Part shown: one piece after another, positions 38,401-51,999 of the stretch
Numbering within the stretch: the stretch's first letter is position 1
Layout: every line of letters starts with the position of its first letter
From: Yuukianura sp. NJ FZ-2021
Taxonomy: Eukaryota
NCBI GenBank assembly: GCA_046563655.1
Contig: CM102285.1
Location: 5,766,001 to 5,830,000, forward strand
Reading direction: 5' to 3'
Length of the DNA: 64,000 nt
Notes under the pieces: model-generated
Databases searched by the model: none
The model's input: the letters and a program-made list of their open reading frames with translations, nothing else
Told to the model about the DNA's origin: nothing
Made by a program: the position numbers and the translations under genes

Positions 38401-38599
38401 CGTGTAATATGTACACAACTAATTACACAATTGTGGAGAGAAAACAAGGGAGCAAACGCGATTTAGAAAAATTCAATCCTAAATAATTTAAGAATTCATT
38501 AAAGCTTCAAATTTGTCTCGTTTCTATGGAAACAAAATAGGAGTGTACTGTTTTAGTTGGCGCTCACGGTATACCGCTCTGTATTAATTACATTTTCAG

Positions 38600-39730
38600 G
38601 CATATAAAGTCATATAATGGCCGAGAACAAAACAGTTCTGGAGGATCTTAACGGAATTGAAAGAATGTTAACGGTGGATGGTCAGTGCCCATTAACAGAA
38701 CTGGAATTGGAATACGTCCGCGTGACAAGATCCGAACTTGCAAGTTTTGTCACCAATTGTATCAAACTGACAAGTTTGAATTTGACAAAAATTGACTGGG
38801 AGTGGACAGCTGAAACGAACTTTGAAAAAATTGAACTTGCAAATTTAAAAAAATTTGTGTTTGTTGAAATTGACGAACCGCTTTTAGATGGAACTTCTGC
38901 CGAAGGCTCCAATCATTCATCTGTTTTCACACAAATGCAACCACTGGAATCACGGAGTTTCAAAATTTGAATTTCCAAATTTCCTGTCGTACCCCACCAG
39001 ATGCATTCTTGAGAGTGAGTAATTCCGTGTTGGAAGTAAGAAACATTCAGATACCGCCACTTGGACAATGTTGTACACCATAATCACAAAAGTTGAAACA
39101 CTCCATGAGTACTGCACAATTGACGTGGGGTCATTGACCTTTGCCTCTGTAAAAACCTTGACCTTGTGGTACAATCACATCACCGACGGTACCATATCGC
39201 AAATGATAAACTCAGCTATTGTTGTTGAGCGGCTATCGATTTATAGTAAAGTTCCTAAACCAATTGACGTCGCACTGTTTCCCGTCATATCACTCGTCGA
39301 AATTGACACAAAATGGTTGAGTTTTCGCTACAACTCGGTTCCTCCTCACTTGCGACACTTCTCCAAACTGAGTGTAATTAGAGTGACCTTTGGTGACCTT
39401 GACCTCAATGTTTTCAGTTTATGCAAAGACTTGTAGACCTTGCGCTACTCAATTCATCTTTGTGGAATAGCAAGGAACCTATCCTAACTCTTTGAGAAAC
39501 TCTAGCTTGAAACATTTGAGTATCAACTGTCAATTGTTAAATAAAGATGAGTGTCCGGTAGTTGATCTTGGATTGCCTGAATTAAAGTCATTGTTAAGTT
39601 TAGAGCTCCAGTATGTTGAAGTTATATTTAAAACTTTACCGGTGCTATAGTTGAAAAATTTGGAATATTTGACGCTAATGAGATGTTCAATTGACGATGC
39701 AGTTTTGGAATTTTTTGGAGAAATTTTTCC
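38600..39730 (+). pseudogene. LRR-containing (F-box/LRR-like) gene remnant
   Basis: LxxLxL spacing (LTELELE, LTSLNL, VKTLTL, LSVIRV) in interrupted ORFs. Confidence 0.45.
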
Positions 39731-40036
39731 TAGTTAGGTTCAGAAGCCGTAAAACACAGAACTCAGAGGATCAGGATCATAATGCCTGCCAGTGACCCAG
39801 GAACCAAGGTCAAAGTTCAATTTAAAAAAAACGATAAAAACAGTTTTTAACACAACAAGCCTCAACAGCAGTTTTGAAGGGCAACAGGTGCTAGAGTTTT
39901 CTCTGAACAGTTCATCTGGCTGCAGTCTAAGCAGTGACTCTAGAGGCTCATGGCTACATAAACGGCATAGGATTGCAAGCCCTTTGAAACTACAAGGCTT
40001 CACGAAAATGGTATCATCCTCCACATTCATCTCACA

Positions 40037-41252
40037 AACTTTCAACATCGCAAAAATGTACAAAAATGTATATTTATTGCGTTTCTGGAATTGGATTCAT
40101 TTGTAACTGCTTGAGCATGATTGTGCTCATGCGCAAAACAATGCGCAGCTCAACTAGCATACTACTTTTGGGACTCACAAGTTGCGATTCGATATACCTA
40201 CTTGCCTGTTGTGTTACGGCGGAGGAATCTAGTAATTTGTTTCAAGATAGATCCTTTATCTCAAAACTGACGGAATACCTGGCTTACGCAATGAAAAAAC
40301 AAGTAATCATTTAACCTTATGATAAGAAAAGTAGCAATATATCATTATGTAATATTCTGTACGTGTTGTATTAATTGATTTTAATATGCACTTGCCTACC
40401 AAAGCATGTACACAATACTTCTTTTATATACATATATTGTTTTTGTATACAAATTTAATACAAATACACTTGTTGTCTTTTTAGTGTATACAGCGTCGGT
40501 GTACATGACAATTTTGGTTACATGGAGCGCTATGTTGCAATTTCAAAGCCGCTTCTCGTGTCGTCAATTTTTACTATAGGCAAAGCACGAAGCTACACAC
40601 TGCTAGTTTTTGGATTCGCAGCATTTTTGAATTTACCGCGGTGGTTGGAATTTGTAAAATGGAGCTACGAAGCATCTTTCCCTTGACTGGAACAGAAGTT
40701 TCTCAGCGTCAGTTGCACAGATTTCCAATCTATCAAATCATTTACCAACAACTGATTTGGTATACATGCATCTATACTTGATTCCCTTCGTCATCGTTAC
40801 GCTCAACATACTCATCATTAAGGCGGTAAATTCAAAACTATACTTGGGAAATCTTCAAATAAATGTTGCTTTTTGGTTTTTGTTGGTTAGGTAACAAAAG
40901 CTGCAAGAGAACGGCGACTCAGCGCTGCAACCCATGATTCTGTGAATGATAATTCTTTGACAAAAATGCTGCTAATCGTTGTATCGTTTTTATTTATTGT
41001 AACTGTTTAGCCGCTGGACTAGAACACAACTTTTCTCTGAAGGGATTTGACCCAGACGTTGCAGCCACAATGGTGTCTCGGCCGCTCCTTATATACTCGG
41101 CCGTAAATTTCATTTTCTACTGTATTTTTGGCAATAAATTTCGCTCCGAATTGAAACTTCTAGTCATAGAAGTTGAACATGGATTTCAACTAAATGTATT
41201 CATGGAAGAATACGCAGATCCAATTCGTTCGAACTCTGTCAACCTAGGATGA
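40037..41252 (+). pseudogene. Rhodopsin-like peptide GPCR pseudogene (FMRFamide receptor-like)
   Basis: GFICNCLSMIVL..MRSSTSILLLGL..CD; ERYVAISKPL; NLPRWLEF; LTKMLLIV; SAVNFIFYCIFGNKFR. Contains introns and frameshifts. Confidence 0.8.
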
Positions 41253-42158
41253 CGGAGTGATGCAAAGTTCAGTTGTCCATGTCGAACAAACCTACACACA
41301 AAATTTATTGCTACAAATTTTGCGATTGCCGCTGAGAGAAATTAAAAAAAATGTATTTGAGAGTGGACTCTCTACCAAGAACTTGAATGTTATTTATAAT
41401 ATTATATATAGTATTTATATGCTATATAAACTATTTCTTTTTGTTCTGTATTATTGGTTATATATCGATCGCCGAATTTTGGCGTGTTTTTAGCTGCTCT
41501 ATTTGTTTCAATCAGTAATGTTCAACCTACTCAAGGTTCTTAAACAAAAACAAAACTTTTTCAAATACCAGGTTGTCAAATAACTCCAAGTTTTAAAATT
41601 TGTTTCAAAGGAGCAAATCTGCCTTTTTATGGTAATTATTTGCATGTAATCTAAATGAGAGTGGTGATAAATTGGTGCTAAAAGTTGTTTGAAGCAAATT
41701 TTTTGAAAAACCCTGAGTTATTGGGTAACCTATTGTAAGAAATAAAATCTGGTTCTTCAGTACAGAACACTTTTTCTTTTCTTTTTTTTATACTTTATGT
41801 ACGAAAGAAATAGACTTCCATCTACAAATACAAACAAATACTCGCAAATATCATACTCCTAAGCAATTTCCCATATCCCATGGCACGAATTCTCATGCTA
41901 TCAGTGTATCTCTCCGCTAGAAGTCTTTCGTTCGACCATTAAAAGCAAAGAAACCCGTTTTCAAGGAGAAATTGTCTGAGACCCGTTTGTTAATCATAAG
42001 AACAGCGATCGGAAAGGGGGAATTTAAACACTAGAACGCACTTTGCGGTTCCTTGATTGACCATTTTTATCTGGTTAAACCTTTCTCGCTACCGAATTTT
42101 TGTTTGTTGTTTTCACAACAACGTCTGAATTTGTAAGTGAGGAATGACTAACGGTCGG

Positions 42159-43257
42159 TACGGACTTACCGTGCTGCTGCCTTGAGGATGCTTTGCTGTG
42201 CTGTTTTTGTTAAAAATTACCGATCCTAATATACTTGTGCCTTCCACGTGCTGTGCTGCCTCATTTTTCCAAGGCAACGACAGAGCAAGGGAAAGCATCC
42301 TAAATTACCGTTTTGCTTACCGTGCTTTTTTGAAAGTAGGAACGGTAGCAACTTTTGAGGAAGCACGACGAGAGCAAATTTGCTTTTACAATTATTTTTT
42401 GTTCATTTTCTGAATACTACTACTACTCCGAAACTACTGGACCGATTTGGACAAATGAGGTGTCCTTCTCTTCGTCAGATCACTCCGAAAAGCGTAGGCT
42501 GCTACAAGTAGCATATTGTTGGAACCGGCTTGACGTCCTGATTCCGAAAATGTATACATGTCGATATCTATGACGTAAGACAACGCAGTAATGGCGCCTA
42601 ATGTCCAAAAATGTGAATTTCGAGAACTGATTGGGACTTGTGAACTTGCGATTTTTACGTTTTACGTCACAACTTCGTTGTCTTACGTCATAAGTAATGA
42701 CATATATACATTTTCAGAATTAGGACGTCAAGCCCATTCCAATGATATGCAACTTGTATGGCGTCGTCATATGATGACATGGTGGGTGACCTTTGACCCC
42801 CCGTGATCCTTGACCTATTGTTTCTAGGAGTCTGAAAATTTGCAAAAAAAAACATTTCATTTGAATACCACCAAGGCAACTTTCTTATGGAGTTTGTGCC
42901 ATCCCCTTTTAAAAAAATTTTGAAATTTTCTTTTTTGAAACTTTTTTTTTTGCTTGATTTTGATGAAAATCATTTTTTAGACTAATTCGTGCATGGAGAA
43001 CACAAATCTGACATTTTTTTTATTAAAAAGTGATTTTAAAATGAATTTTGAGTGGGAAACCAGTGATTTACTTGCAAAAATGCAAGAAAACTTACCGATT
43101 CGATCCTAACTTACCGGAAGAAATTTGAACAGAGCATGAGCACGGTAAGCAGAGAGCATGTTGTGCTTCCGCTAAAAATTGGGAAGTTAGGATGATAACA
43201 ATGCAAAGCACGGGGATGCCACGGCAACAGCACAGCAGCAGCACAGTAAGTCCGTAG
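42159..43257. mobile_element. Non-autonomous TIR element, probably nested
   Basis: Left 'tacggacttaccgtgctgctg' is inverted relative to right 'cagcagcacagtaagtccgta'. Confidence 0.6.
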
Positions 43258-43614
43258 CAGGCGTAAAACTCAGGTTTTCTCACACCAGTTCACCAGTTTT
43301 TTTTTTCTGATTGGTTGACATGGAAATGAAATTAACATGTAAAGCGGGGTTTTTTTTTATATAAAAAACACACATACGCGATATCCGTCTCTGATGCTTG
43401 TTATTTAATATCACGTATTTGTGCCTCCGTTAGCGAAATGGTTTAACAAGTTGCAATTATAGATTTTCAGATTAGAAATGTCAACCTACCTAACCTACAC
43501 AACCATATAACCACACTAAATTTTGGCGGTAATTAAACTATGAATTTTTCAAAAGCGCGCAAGTATAACAATGTACAGAACGCACTCCGTGTCGAAGCCT
43601 TTTCTCAGACGAAA

Positions 43615-44378
43615 ATGCTTGGAAGTAGTATTTCTGGTAATGTTAGCAATAAAATTCAAAATATATCAATCCATCAATCAATTTATTTGATTTGGCCTTT
43701 TGCCCTATCAATTACAAGTCATGCAGCTAGTTTAAGTTAAAATTCAAAATACTAAAATCATTGCTAAATTTACAAGGTTTTTGGGCAGCCTATAGGCATC
43801 GTGCCGTTCAGGTTCAATAAAGCGGGCGAATTTGAACGTACCTCAAAATTTCATCAGTCACTTTGGCTATTTCTATATTTCTTGACTCTTTTGAAATTGG
43901 TTTCCTTGGGAACAGTTTTGGTTCAATGGTATCTCAACATCATCTCAGTGACTATTTTTGACGTTGTAGTTACACTCTACTTCATTTCTTTCTACACTAT
44001 TTCTGTATCGTGTCATAATACTGTACTATTGATTTTTACAAGAGACGAGTTTGTATTTGGATTCAACCAAACAGTTTTCATAAATCATCTAAATCACAGT
44101 AACATTTTTGTATAACAAAAGAAATATCAAAACACTTTTTGTATACCAAATTTGTATTGATTTATTTTCTCCTACAGTGAAACATCCAAGAGAGTAGGAG
44201 AACTTGTGGTTGCAACTTGCAAATATCCCGTCTTGCTAAATTTTTGCTTTGATTCTGGTCAACATTGACAACATGGCTGCGCTGATGGGTTTGATTTTTC
44301 CTCGCAGAATTTTCCATTTTTACTGTTTTGTTCCTCATTTTTGGATAATTTTGTCGTGATGGTTCTGTTTGCTGTAAT
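43615..44378 (+). pseudogene. 7TM chemoreceptor-like pseudogene, copy B, cut by a BEL LTR
   Basis: Closely similar to 29837-30530 at the DNA level. Homology stops at 'gctgtaat', where the LTR begins. Confidence 0.8.
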
Positions 44379-47300
44379 TGAAATGGATTGGATGGTAGGC
44401 GGTGATTGGATTTTGTGGTTTTTATTACAAAATAAAGTTTTACTTTAAAGTATTTACATTTAATTCATTTGTAATTGGAAAAAGCAGACCATGCTGCTTA
44501 CAATCAGAACTAGAAGTGAAGTGGGCAGTTCCTCTGCTCATCTTCTCCTTTTTTGCACACACTTTTTCTTAATTGGATATACTTGTATCTAACACGCTTT
44601 TCGACAATTTGAAATTGGCGCTTCCCTATTGAGAAGCGTCTCAAATGCCAAAACACCGCCCTCCATTGAATGACTGAGTCATTCAATTTTTGAAAAATAC
44701 AAAAGAAAAATGGTGACCAATTTTAAATATACACAAATTGAAAAATTGAAGGGTGCTCCGATGCTACTGGATTCGGTGGCTGAAGGTGGACAAAGCCTTC
44801 TTCCAGTTGCTCAGGCTGGATTTTGCCGTTTACTGGACCCTACCAGTAGATCAGAACACAAAAGATCACCCACACAATCACACATCCAAAATTAAGTCAC
44901 CTTAGGTTCAGTAAATTACTCTACTCGAACGGAAGGTGTTCTAGCAAATGATTTTACCCCTAATTTGAAATTTTGAAAGAGATAAATACACTAACCGCTA
45001 AACCAACACCTAAATTTTGGAAAGAGATAGACTTAACACGAAGCCTAACTAACCACTTATGCTTTGATAGCTTAAAAATACCACTTAATACTTAAGATTT
45101 TCAATGTAATTTTAACCCAAACTTTAAAGTTAATGAATAAATGAATGAATATTATTGAATATAACACTAAATTATTTGACACTAAATGACTTTAAATTTT
45201 TTAACACTACATTATTTACACACAGTCCCTAGACTTACGCTACTCTGGTTCTAGTAGCTTGACGATTTTTACGACTGGACGAAGAAACACATGAGCCTTC
45301 ACTTTGGATTTTTCTTTCTTGTCGATTTCAGTCGTCTTGTAGATTACCTCCACTGATCGTACCAAATTGTCTTCTCCAGGGAATGTTTTGGTGATTCTGG
45401 CAAGTTTCCACTTCAACGGTGGAGTGTCGTCGTCTTTGATGAGAACGAGATCGCCAAACACTGGTAATTCGACATTTTTTAGCCAATCTGGGCCACACCA
45501 CCACAATTTTGAACTTACGAATTCTTCTGCAGAAATTCCACGAGTACCAAGGTCAGCCGGATTGTCCACTCCAGGAACAAAATGCCGCGAACTGACTGGA
45601 AGTACTTCCTGGATTTCTGAAACGCGATTAGCAACGAAAGTTACGCACTTACGACTTGTGTTACGCAGCCACTTGAGTACCGTTTCACTGTCGGTCCAAG
45701 TGATGATTGTGCAATTCAGACGAGTGGCTTCCATCACTTTGGGAATCAATTTCGCCAGAAGTAGAGCACCACACAACTCGAGGCGTGGTAGGCTGATCTG
45801 CTTCATAGGAGCCACTTTCGTCTTTGATGCGATGATGTAGATAGTGACCCGACCATTCCTCCGAATTGAACGGACGTATACTACCGCACAGTAGGCCAGT
45901 TCCGATGCGTCACAAAATTCATGAATTTCAACAATTTCTGGAGAACCTGAGAACAAAAACCTAGGAATGGTTAGACTTTTGATGTCGTGGACACTTTGGA
46001 CATAGTCATGCCATTGTCCGACTAGGTCAGGCGGAATCTCATCGTCCCATGACAAGATTCCATTTTCCTTTCCCTGCACTGGTGACCACAAGACCTGCAA
46101 GTAAACTTTGATTTTAACTGTTAGAGGGGACAAAAAGCCAAGTGGGTCAAAAACTTTGGACATAGTCGACAAGACCGTCCTCTTTGTAACCACTCCCACT
46201 GGTTTTGGTGTGTAACCTTTGAAATGAAAGTAGTCACTTCCACTGTCCCAACACACGCCTAAAACCCTGTCAAATTCAGCATCACATGTTATTACGGCAT
46301 TTTTACCTGGCTTGACCTTGGGAATGGACTTGAGTACATCTTTTGAATTCGAGTCCCACTTTGTAATTTCCAGGCAACCAGGTCGTAATAGTCCTTCCAG
46401 CTCTGTTACGAGTCGATTGGCCTCCTGGACACTGTTAGCTCCTCCCATCAGATCATCCACATCGAAATTTGATTTGAACACCTCAACAGCATTAGGAAAC
46501 TTGCCCTTCACGTCTTCTACGAGTTGCTGTTCCAAGTTCGGTAGCATTGTTTCCAACATCGCAGTTGACACGTTTGAGTCTCCATTCACCTGGGACTCAA
46601 AAAATAATAATTTTAAATTAATTTGATCAATTAATTGGTCACAAATGTTGAATTGCGCAGCTTGCTCTACTATTTGAGTTTCATCATCGCAATTCATGTA
46701 CACTTCAGTGCGGATTTTTGCCAACCTCGCATCTAAATTTTCAAAGTTTTGAATTTCCGTAGCCATCATGGACTCGGACACAGTTTCGGGAGCATTCATG
46801 TACTCCTCGATGTTTTCCTAAAAGTGCTGGAAGTCACAATTAAACTCCCAAATGGCCTTTACCACTCTCTGCATACTTTCGGATTCCACATTTGGTAATT
46901 ACACATTCAGCACGGTCCTTGAGCCAGTCCCCATGACTTGACCTTGACCTCGTGCTGCGGCCTTACTCCTACTTTCCTGTTCTTGGTCAGACATACCCAA
47001 AGCCACTTCTTTGGTTTTCATTCTGGTCAACAGCTTGTACCTTGATTAATTGCTCAAAAGAGCCACACACAAATTAGGTTACAAGTACTATTGCCAGACA
47101 CACACAATGACATGACCCAAGATAGGAACACACAATTTAATTTTACACAATGATCATCACATTAGGTCAATTTCCCCCTTTGAACTCACCTAAGTTAACT
47201 GTTACGTTAGTTAACGATTACATTACCAAAATACCGCATGCTTCATCCTCTGTTGATTGGTGGTTCGTTGTCTTGTCGACGCAACCGTCTTTCGGCACCA

Positions 47301-47594
47301 TGAAGTGGTTTGGATGGTAAAGCGGTGATTGGTTTTTTGTATTTTTATTATAAAATAAAGTTCTGCTATAATATTTACATTTAATTGTAAATTTAATTAG
47401 TAAATGAAAAGTGCAGACCATGCTGCTGCCAAATCAGAATTGGAAGTGTGGAGATGGCAGTTCCTCTGCTCATCTCTCTTTACGCACACTTTCTTACACA
47501 CTTTTACACTTAATGGCTATACTCTATAGCTAACACTTTTTAACAATTTTAAATTTAGCGCTTCCCAGTGAAGCGTTTCAAATGCCAAAACACC
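44379..47594 (-). mobile_element. Deleted BEL/Pao element with two diverged LTRs
   Basis: LTR-like repeats at 44379 to about 44858 and 47301 to about 47594 (the latter truncated). Minus-strand PBS TGGTGCCGAAA (tRNA-Phe-like) at 47300-47290. 519-aa ORF with FDVDD, KVFDPLG, FCDAS, SLPRLELCGA, DNPADLGTRG. Confidence 0.9.
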
Positions 47595-48149
47595 CACCAA
47601 GTGGGGACAAATGTATCCATCCGGTGGGGACACTGGGTGGGGACAATGGAAGCAGCGCGAAAATTTGAACGGGTGGGGACAATCCTGTCTCTCAAGTTTA
47701 CTTCGACCAATTTGGGTAATGGACATAAATTTTACAACTGAGAATCACAGCGAATTTCGGTACTTTATGGTTTTGGCCGTGTCTGTCTGTCCGTCTGCCG
47801 GTCTACGTGCGTCTATAACTCTGCAACCACCGGACCGATTTTTAATCTGTCTTTGCAGATGACCTACATATGGTTCAGGGGTGTCTAAACTGAATCGAAA
47901 ATTTATAACCTCAACGCTTACAATTTTTCAGAATTCTAGTCAATTAAAAACAGTTCGGATAAATAGTGTTAGTTAAAATTTTGACAAAACTTCCGGAATT
48001 TATTCTTCAAAAAATTTTGTTCCAGTTTCTTGTTATTGACGCAGAACGCTAAATAACCAAGTTTGAGAAATTTTCAGAACTTATCATAATATTCGGAAAG
48101 TGGGAAGTGTCAGAATGGTGTCGGCCATCCTTGCAATTATATGATGCTA

Positions 48150-49216
48150 GTGCCACCAAACAAAGGATAGCTGAGCCTATGCTTTTGAGAAGATGTCATC
48201 AACCCATTATTGGCGGAGTGAACCAGTGTTTACTTGAACCAGCCTGTTTGTTTGAACTGTGATGTAGTGCAAATGTGGCAGCTAAAACTTGTGTTTCGTT
48301 CGCATGCTTTTTCTCCAATTGTGTTAATCGCTGCATTACAGTGTCTTGCAAATTCTTCAAAGCTGTTGTGTGAGTGTTAGCCGCAGTGGTAGCCTAAAAA
48401 TATGACGAAATTGATTATGTTTAATTGACAACTCAACTTAACCTGACTAATTTGCTATATATATTATCGTTACTTTTACTACCTTATGTTTGGAAAGTTA
48501 TATTATTTTGTACCTGTACTTATGTTATCTTTTATCTATATATCTTTTACTATATTATGTACCTGTGTTTGTAGAAAACTCACTGAAGTGCTCAGTCTTG
48601 CGTTGATATCGTGGATATGTGCAGTTAGTTCCCGTTTAGCAACATCAGCTGAGGTTGAAATTCGATTAGTTAATTGAATAACTTGATTTGTGGTGTATTC
48701 TTTCATTAGTGATTCCGTTAAGTTCAATTTCTTAGAAAGAGTTTCTTCTGTACGTAACAACTTTTGTTGAGATTCGACGGACATTTGATCAAGTCTCCGT
48801 CCATGTACAGTAGATTGCAAATTTGAAATTTCCTTGCTCTGATTTAAAGCTACTCCGACTTGTGTTAATTGTTTTGTAAGTTCTGCATTTTGTTTAACAA
48901 GGGCTTCTTCCCGCTTAGTAACAGCTTCACCCAGTTTCTCGACGTGTGCAACTTTTGCAACAAGTTGAGAGTTTAGCCTAAAGAGGTCTTGAGTTTGATT
49001 GGTAAGTTCTGTAATTTGGTTTGTGAGTTCTGCGTTGCGTCGTTGAAGTGCTGCGTTCTGATTGGCTGTTTGAATTGCAAGGTCTGCATCTTGTCTTGCA
49101 AGTTTTCCGTTTTGTTCGAGCAGCTCTTGATTTTTTACTACAAGTTCAGCATAGCGTTCCGCCAGCAGTTGCAGTGCGTTCTGTTGTTCGACAAGTTGTT
49201 GCTCAAACTCATTCAC
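48150..49216 (-). CDS. Uncharacterised coiled-coil protein, multi-exon (partial model)
   Basis: 226-aa Q/E/L-rich heptad ORF bounded by splice-like sites. A further open segment lies at about 48150-48392. Confidence 0.55.
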
Positions 49217-51314
49217 CTGAAAACGTTTAGTCTCGAGTCAAAATTATTTTTTATGTTTCCCTCTGAAAAAATTTGAATTTGCGAAAGCCATTTCAGGCGA
49301 AAACTGAAAATTTTACCCCTGTTACAACTTCGTCCAAGTATTCTCTGACGTCAAAGTTCCGTTTGTCACGTCGTCCAAAATCCGGCTGCTAAAAAACAAA
49401 AATTTTTCTAAAAGCTTAAAAAAAATCTTCCTTAAGAAAAGGAAAAAAACACTTGAAGAAACTAGTTTATTGTTTATATTTTCAAAAACCGTACCTTTGC
49501 AACGGCGCTGACCAGGAAAACAATACAAATGCAAAAAATAGTTTGTTTAGAATTCATAGTGGAGAAACAAATATAAATGAATAATGAAAGTCGAAAATAT
49601 GAAATTATGAAAAGAAATTCAATTGTTAACTTAATAAAACCAATTGCGGCTCAGATATGTTGACAAAACCCAGTGGGATTTGTTATTATATACTAATTTG
49701 AAACTTTTCATTGCGCAAAATTTCTTAAGAATTTTAGTTAAATGCCAATTAAAAATGCGATTTAGCAATGCAATTTTAGTTTAAAATTTGATAACAAATT
49801 GGGAATTTACTTAAATTAAAAAAAATCTGGTTCCAGTTTAACTTTATGTTTTTGATAAAACGTTGGAAAGTTTCTTTCAATTTAAAAATCCAGTTCTTGG
49901 AAGTTGTTAGTTTTGATAACCTCCGTGAGCCTACGCTTAAGATAAATCGAATTTATGTAATGTGTTTTCATAAATCTTCGCACTAAATTTTCCGCAATAC
50001 TACTTCAGTTTTTTGCATCTCCGTTTAATCTAAAATAATAAGACTCCAATGTTGTTAAAACCTAATCACAGTTTGACTCGTTTCTAAAGAACATTTTTCC
50101 CATTTTTTCTCTTTGAAAATCAAAATTCAACCTGAAAGTGTCCTACTAAAGTTCATAAATTAGAACATTGTTAATTCGGATTGTTAGACTACGTGTCATG
50201 ATCCACTTTTAGGTCAGATTTTAGTCTTTATAGTGTCTTCGTTGTTATTTGTATTCGTCGGACGTAAAACGTCTACTGAAAAACCACTTTTCACTGCGTC
50301 TAGGTCTATGCCAAACTACTGTCAAAATGAGGCAAGCTCAACCTATTTCTCTTAGGAGTAAAATTTGCAAAACAGGAATATTTTTTTTAAAAGTTGAAAT
50401 TCTCCACTTTTTTTTTAGATTCTTTGTTGTATCTGCAATTGTTGTAATTGCAGTAGTGCAGTTTGGGTTTGACGTCAATGCTTCATCAATTGAACTTCGG
50501 AAGAGCCATCATACAGTAAAAAATCTTTAAATCTAAAATTTTCAACAAAAAAAGAAGATTTCGAAGAATGTTTAGCGTGGGAATTGCCTTCCGAAGAACG
50601 CCGAAGATTGCCGAGAAGGCGACTGTCGCCGTGGATATGTCTGTGTGTTTTGAATGGTGATAGAGACACAAAGTGCAAAAGATATTCCAAATGCAAAAGC
50701 AATCAACTTTAATTGGACCCGGACTACTTCGAAATCGAAATATAAATAGAAAATTGTATAACTACTATTACGGACATATCTCAAATTGTCACTTTTTGAC
50801 TTTTCACTTTTTGATCAAATTGTATTGACCATTTCATCTGCATGTCCAATTCATTTCCTAACAAAATTCTCAAAAATTGAAATCTAACAAAAGTAAAACT
50901 TTTTTTCCGTTTCTGGCAATTCAAACTTAAACCTAAACTAACTTCTGGTTAAAAGTTGGTCAAGAATGTAAATACTGAAGTGACCCGTAAGTAGGTCACT
51001 TTGAACCCACATTCTGCCATTTCCAGATTTTCAAATTTTGCGGCAAGTTTAAATTCCGTCGTCGCTATTTCTGGAACATTCAACCTCAACTGAACAAACA
51101 TAACCACAACATGCAGTAGGACGCCAGAAGAGCCGTTTAAAAAGCGATAATTCAAAAAAAAGTACAAAGAAACTAGGTTTCATATATATTTTCGATTTCC
51201 AGCTTGACTCGAATCGAATCCGTTCCGTTCCAGACGAATAAGCTGCATTTTGAATTTTGAATATACATTTTTTTGCTGTTTTTTAAAAAACGGGTTTGAG
51301 TTTAAATTTCTAAA

Positions 51315-51830
51315 ATGAAGGTCTCTGGAACGTTTTTGTTCGTGACTGGAATCACGTCCTTAGCATCGCTAATCTTGTCGCTCCCGACTGTAAGTCACAA
51401 AATGTGTTCATTTTTGAACGTTTTCTCTTTTTTTTTGAAAAATTTGAAATTTATTTTCTGAAAGAATGACATGACGCACAAACTGCCGCCAGAAGTAGCT
51501 GAAATCCTGCTTGGAAAGGGCATGGCGCAGACGTGTGGGAAAGTATTTTGAATGGAGCTGAGAGCCTGACGGAACTTGACCTCAGTCAGGACGGCCGCAT
51601 TACACCGGAAGCAAGAAGTAAAATTTTTAAAATTTTGATAAATTTATACTTATTTACAGAATGATTTAGTTATTTAATATTATTATTATATTTTTTACAG
51701 CTTTTGGCAATTTGTTTAACTTCTCCTCAATTATTGCAAATGCTCCCAACGACACAGCAGCCGTAACGCTAGTACCGCTCATTACCATTCTGGCAAGCAT
51801 CTTTAACAAAACCGGATAAAACCGGATCTG
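51315..51830 (+). CDS. Small secreted protein-like gene or remnant, 3 exons
   Basis: MKVSGTFLFVTGITSLASLILSLP signal-like exon followed by GTAAGT. Short AT-rich introns. The frame may be broken. Confidence 0.35.
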
Positions 51831-51999
51831 GAGCACTCATAAGCATTGCATCACTTTAAAAATACACTTAAATAACATATTAATATATTAAATAACAATA
51901 AACTCACATCGTAAAATAAATAAAATAGCCGAAAACGAAAAGTTATACTCATCTTTGGAAATAACAAGCATGTTGCGGGTGCGTGCTGGGGCTTCGCTC

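Noticed and set aside
41734..42120. Possible solo LTR (TG...CA)
   Set aside because: No TSD and no second copy in the window, so it cannot be supported.
45367..45840. Antisense ORFs over BEL, copia and LINE coding regions
   Set aside because: Shadow frames of real coding strands with no recognisable motifs.
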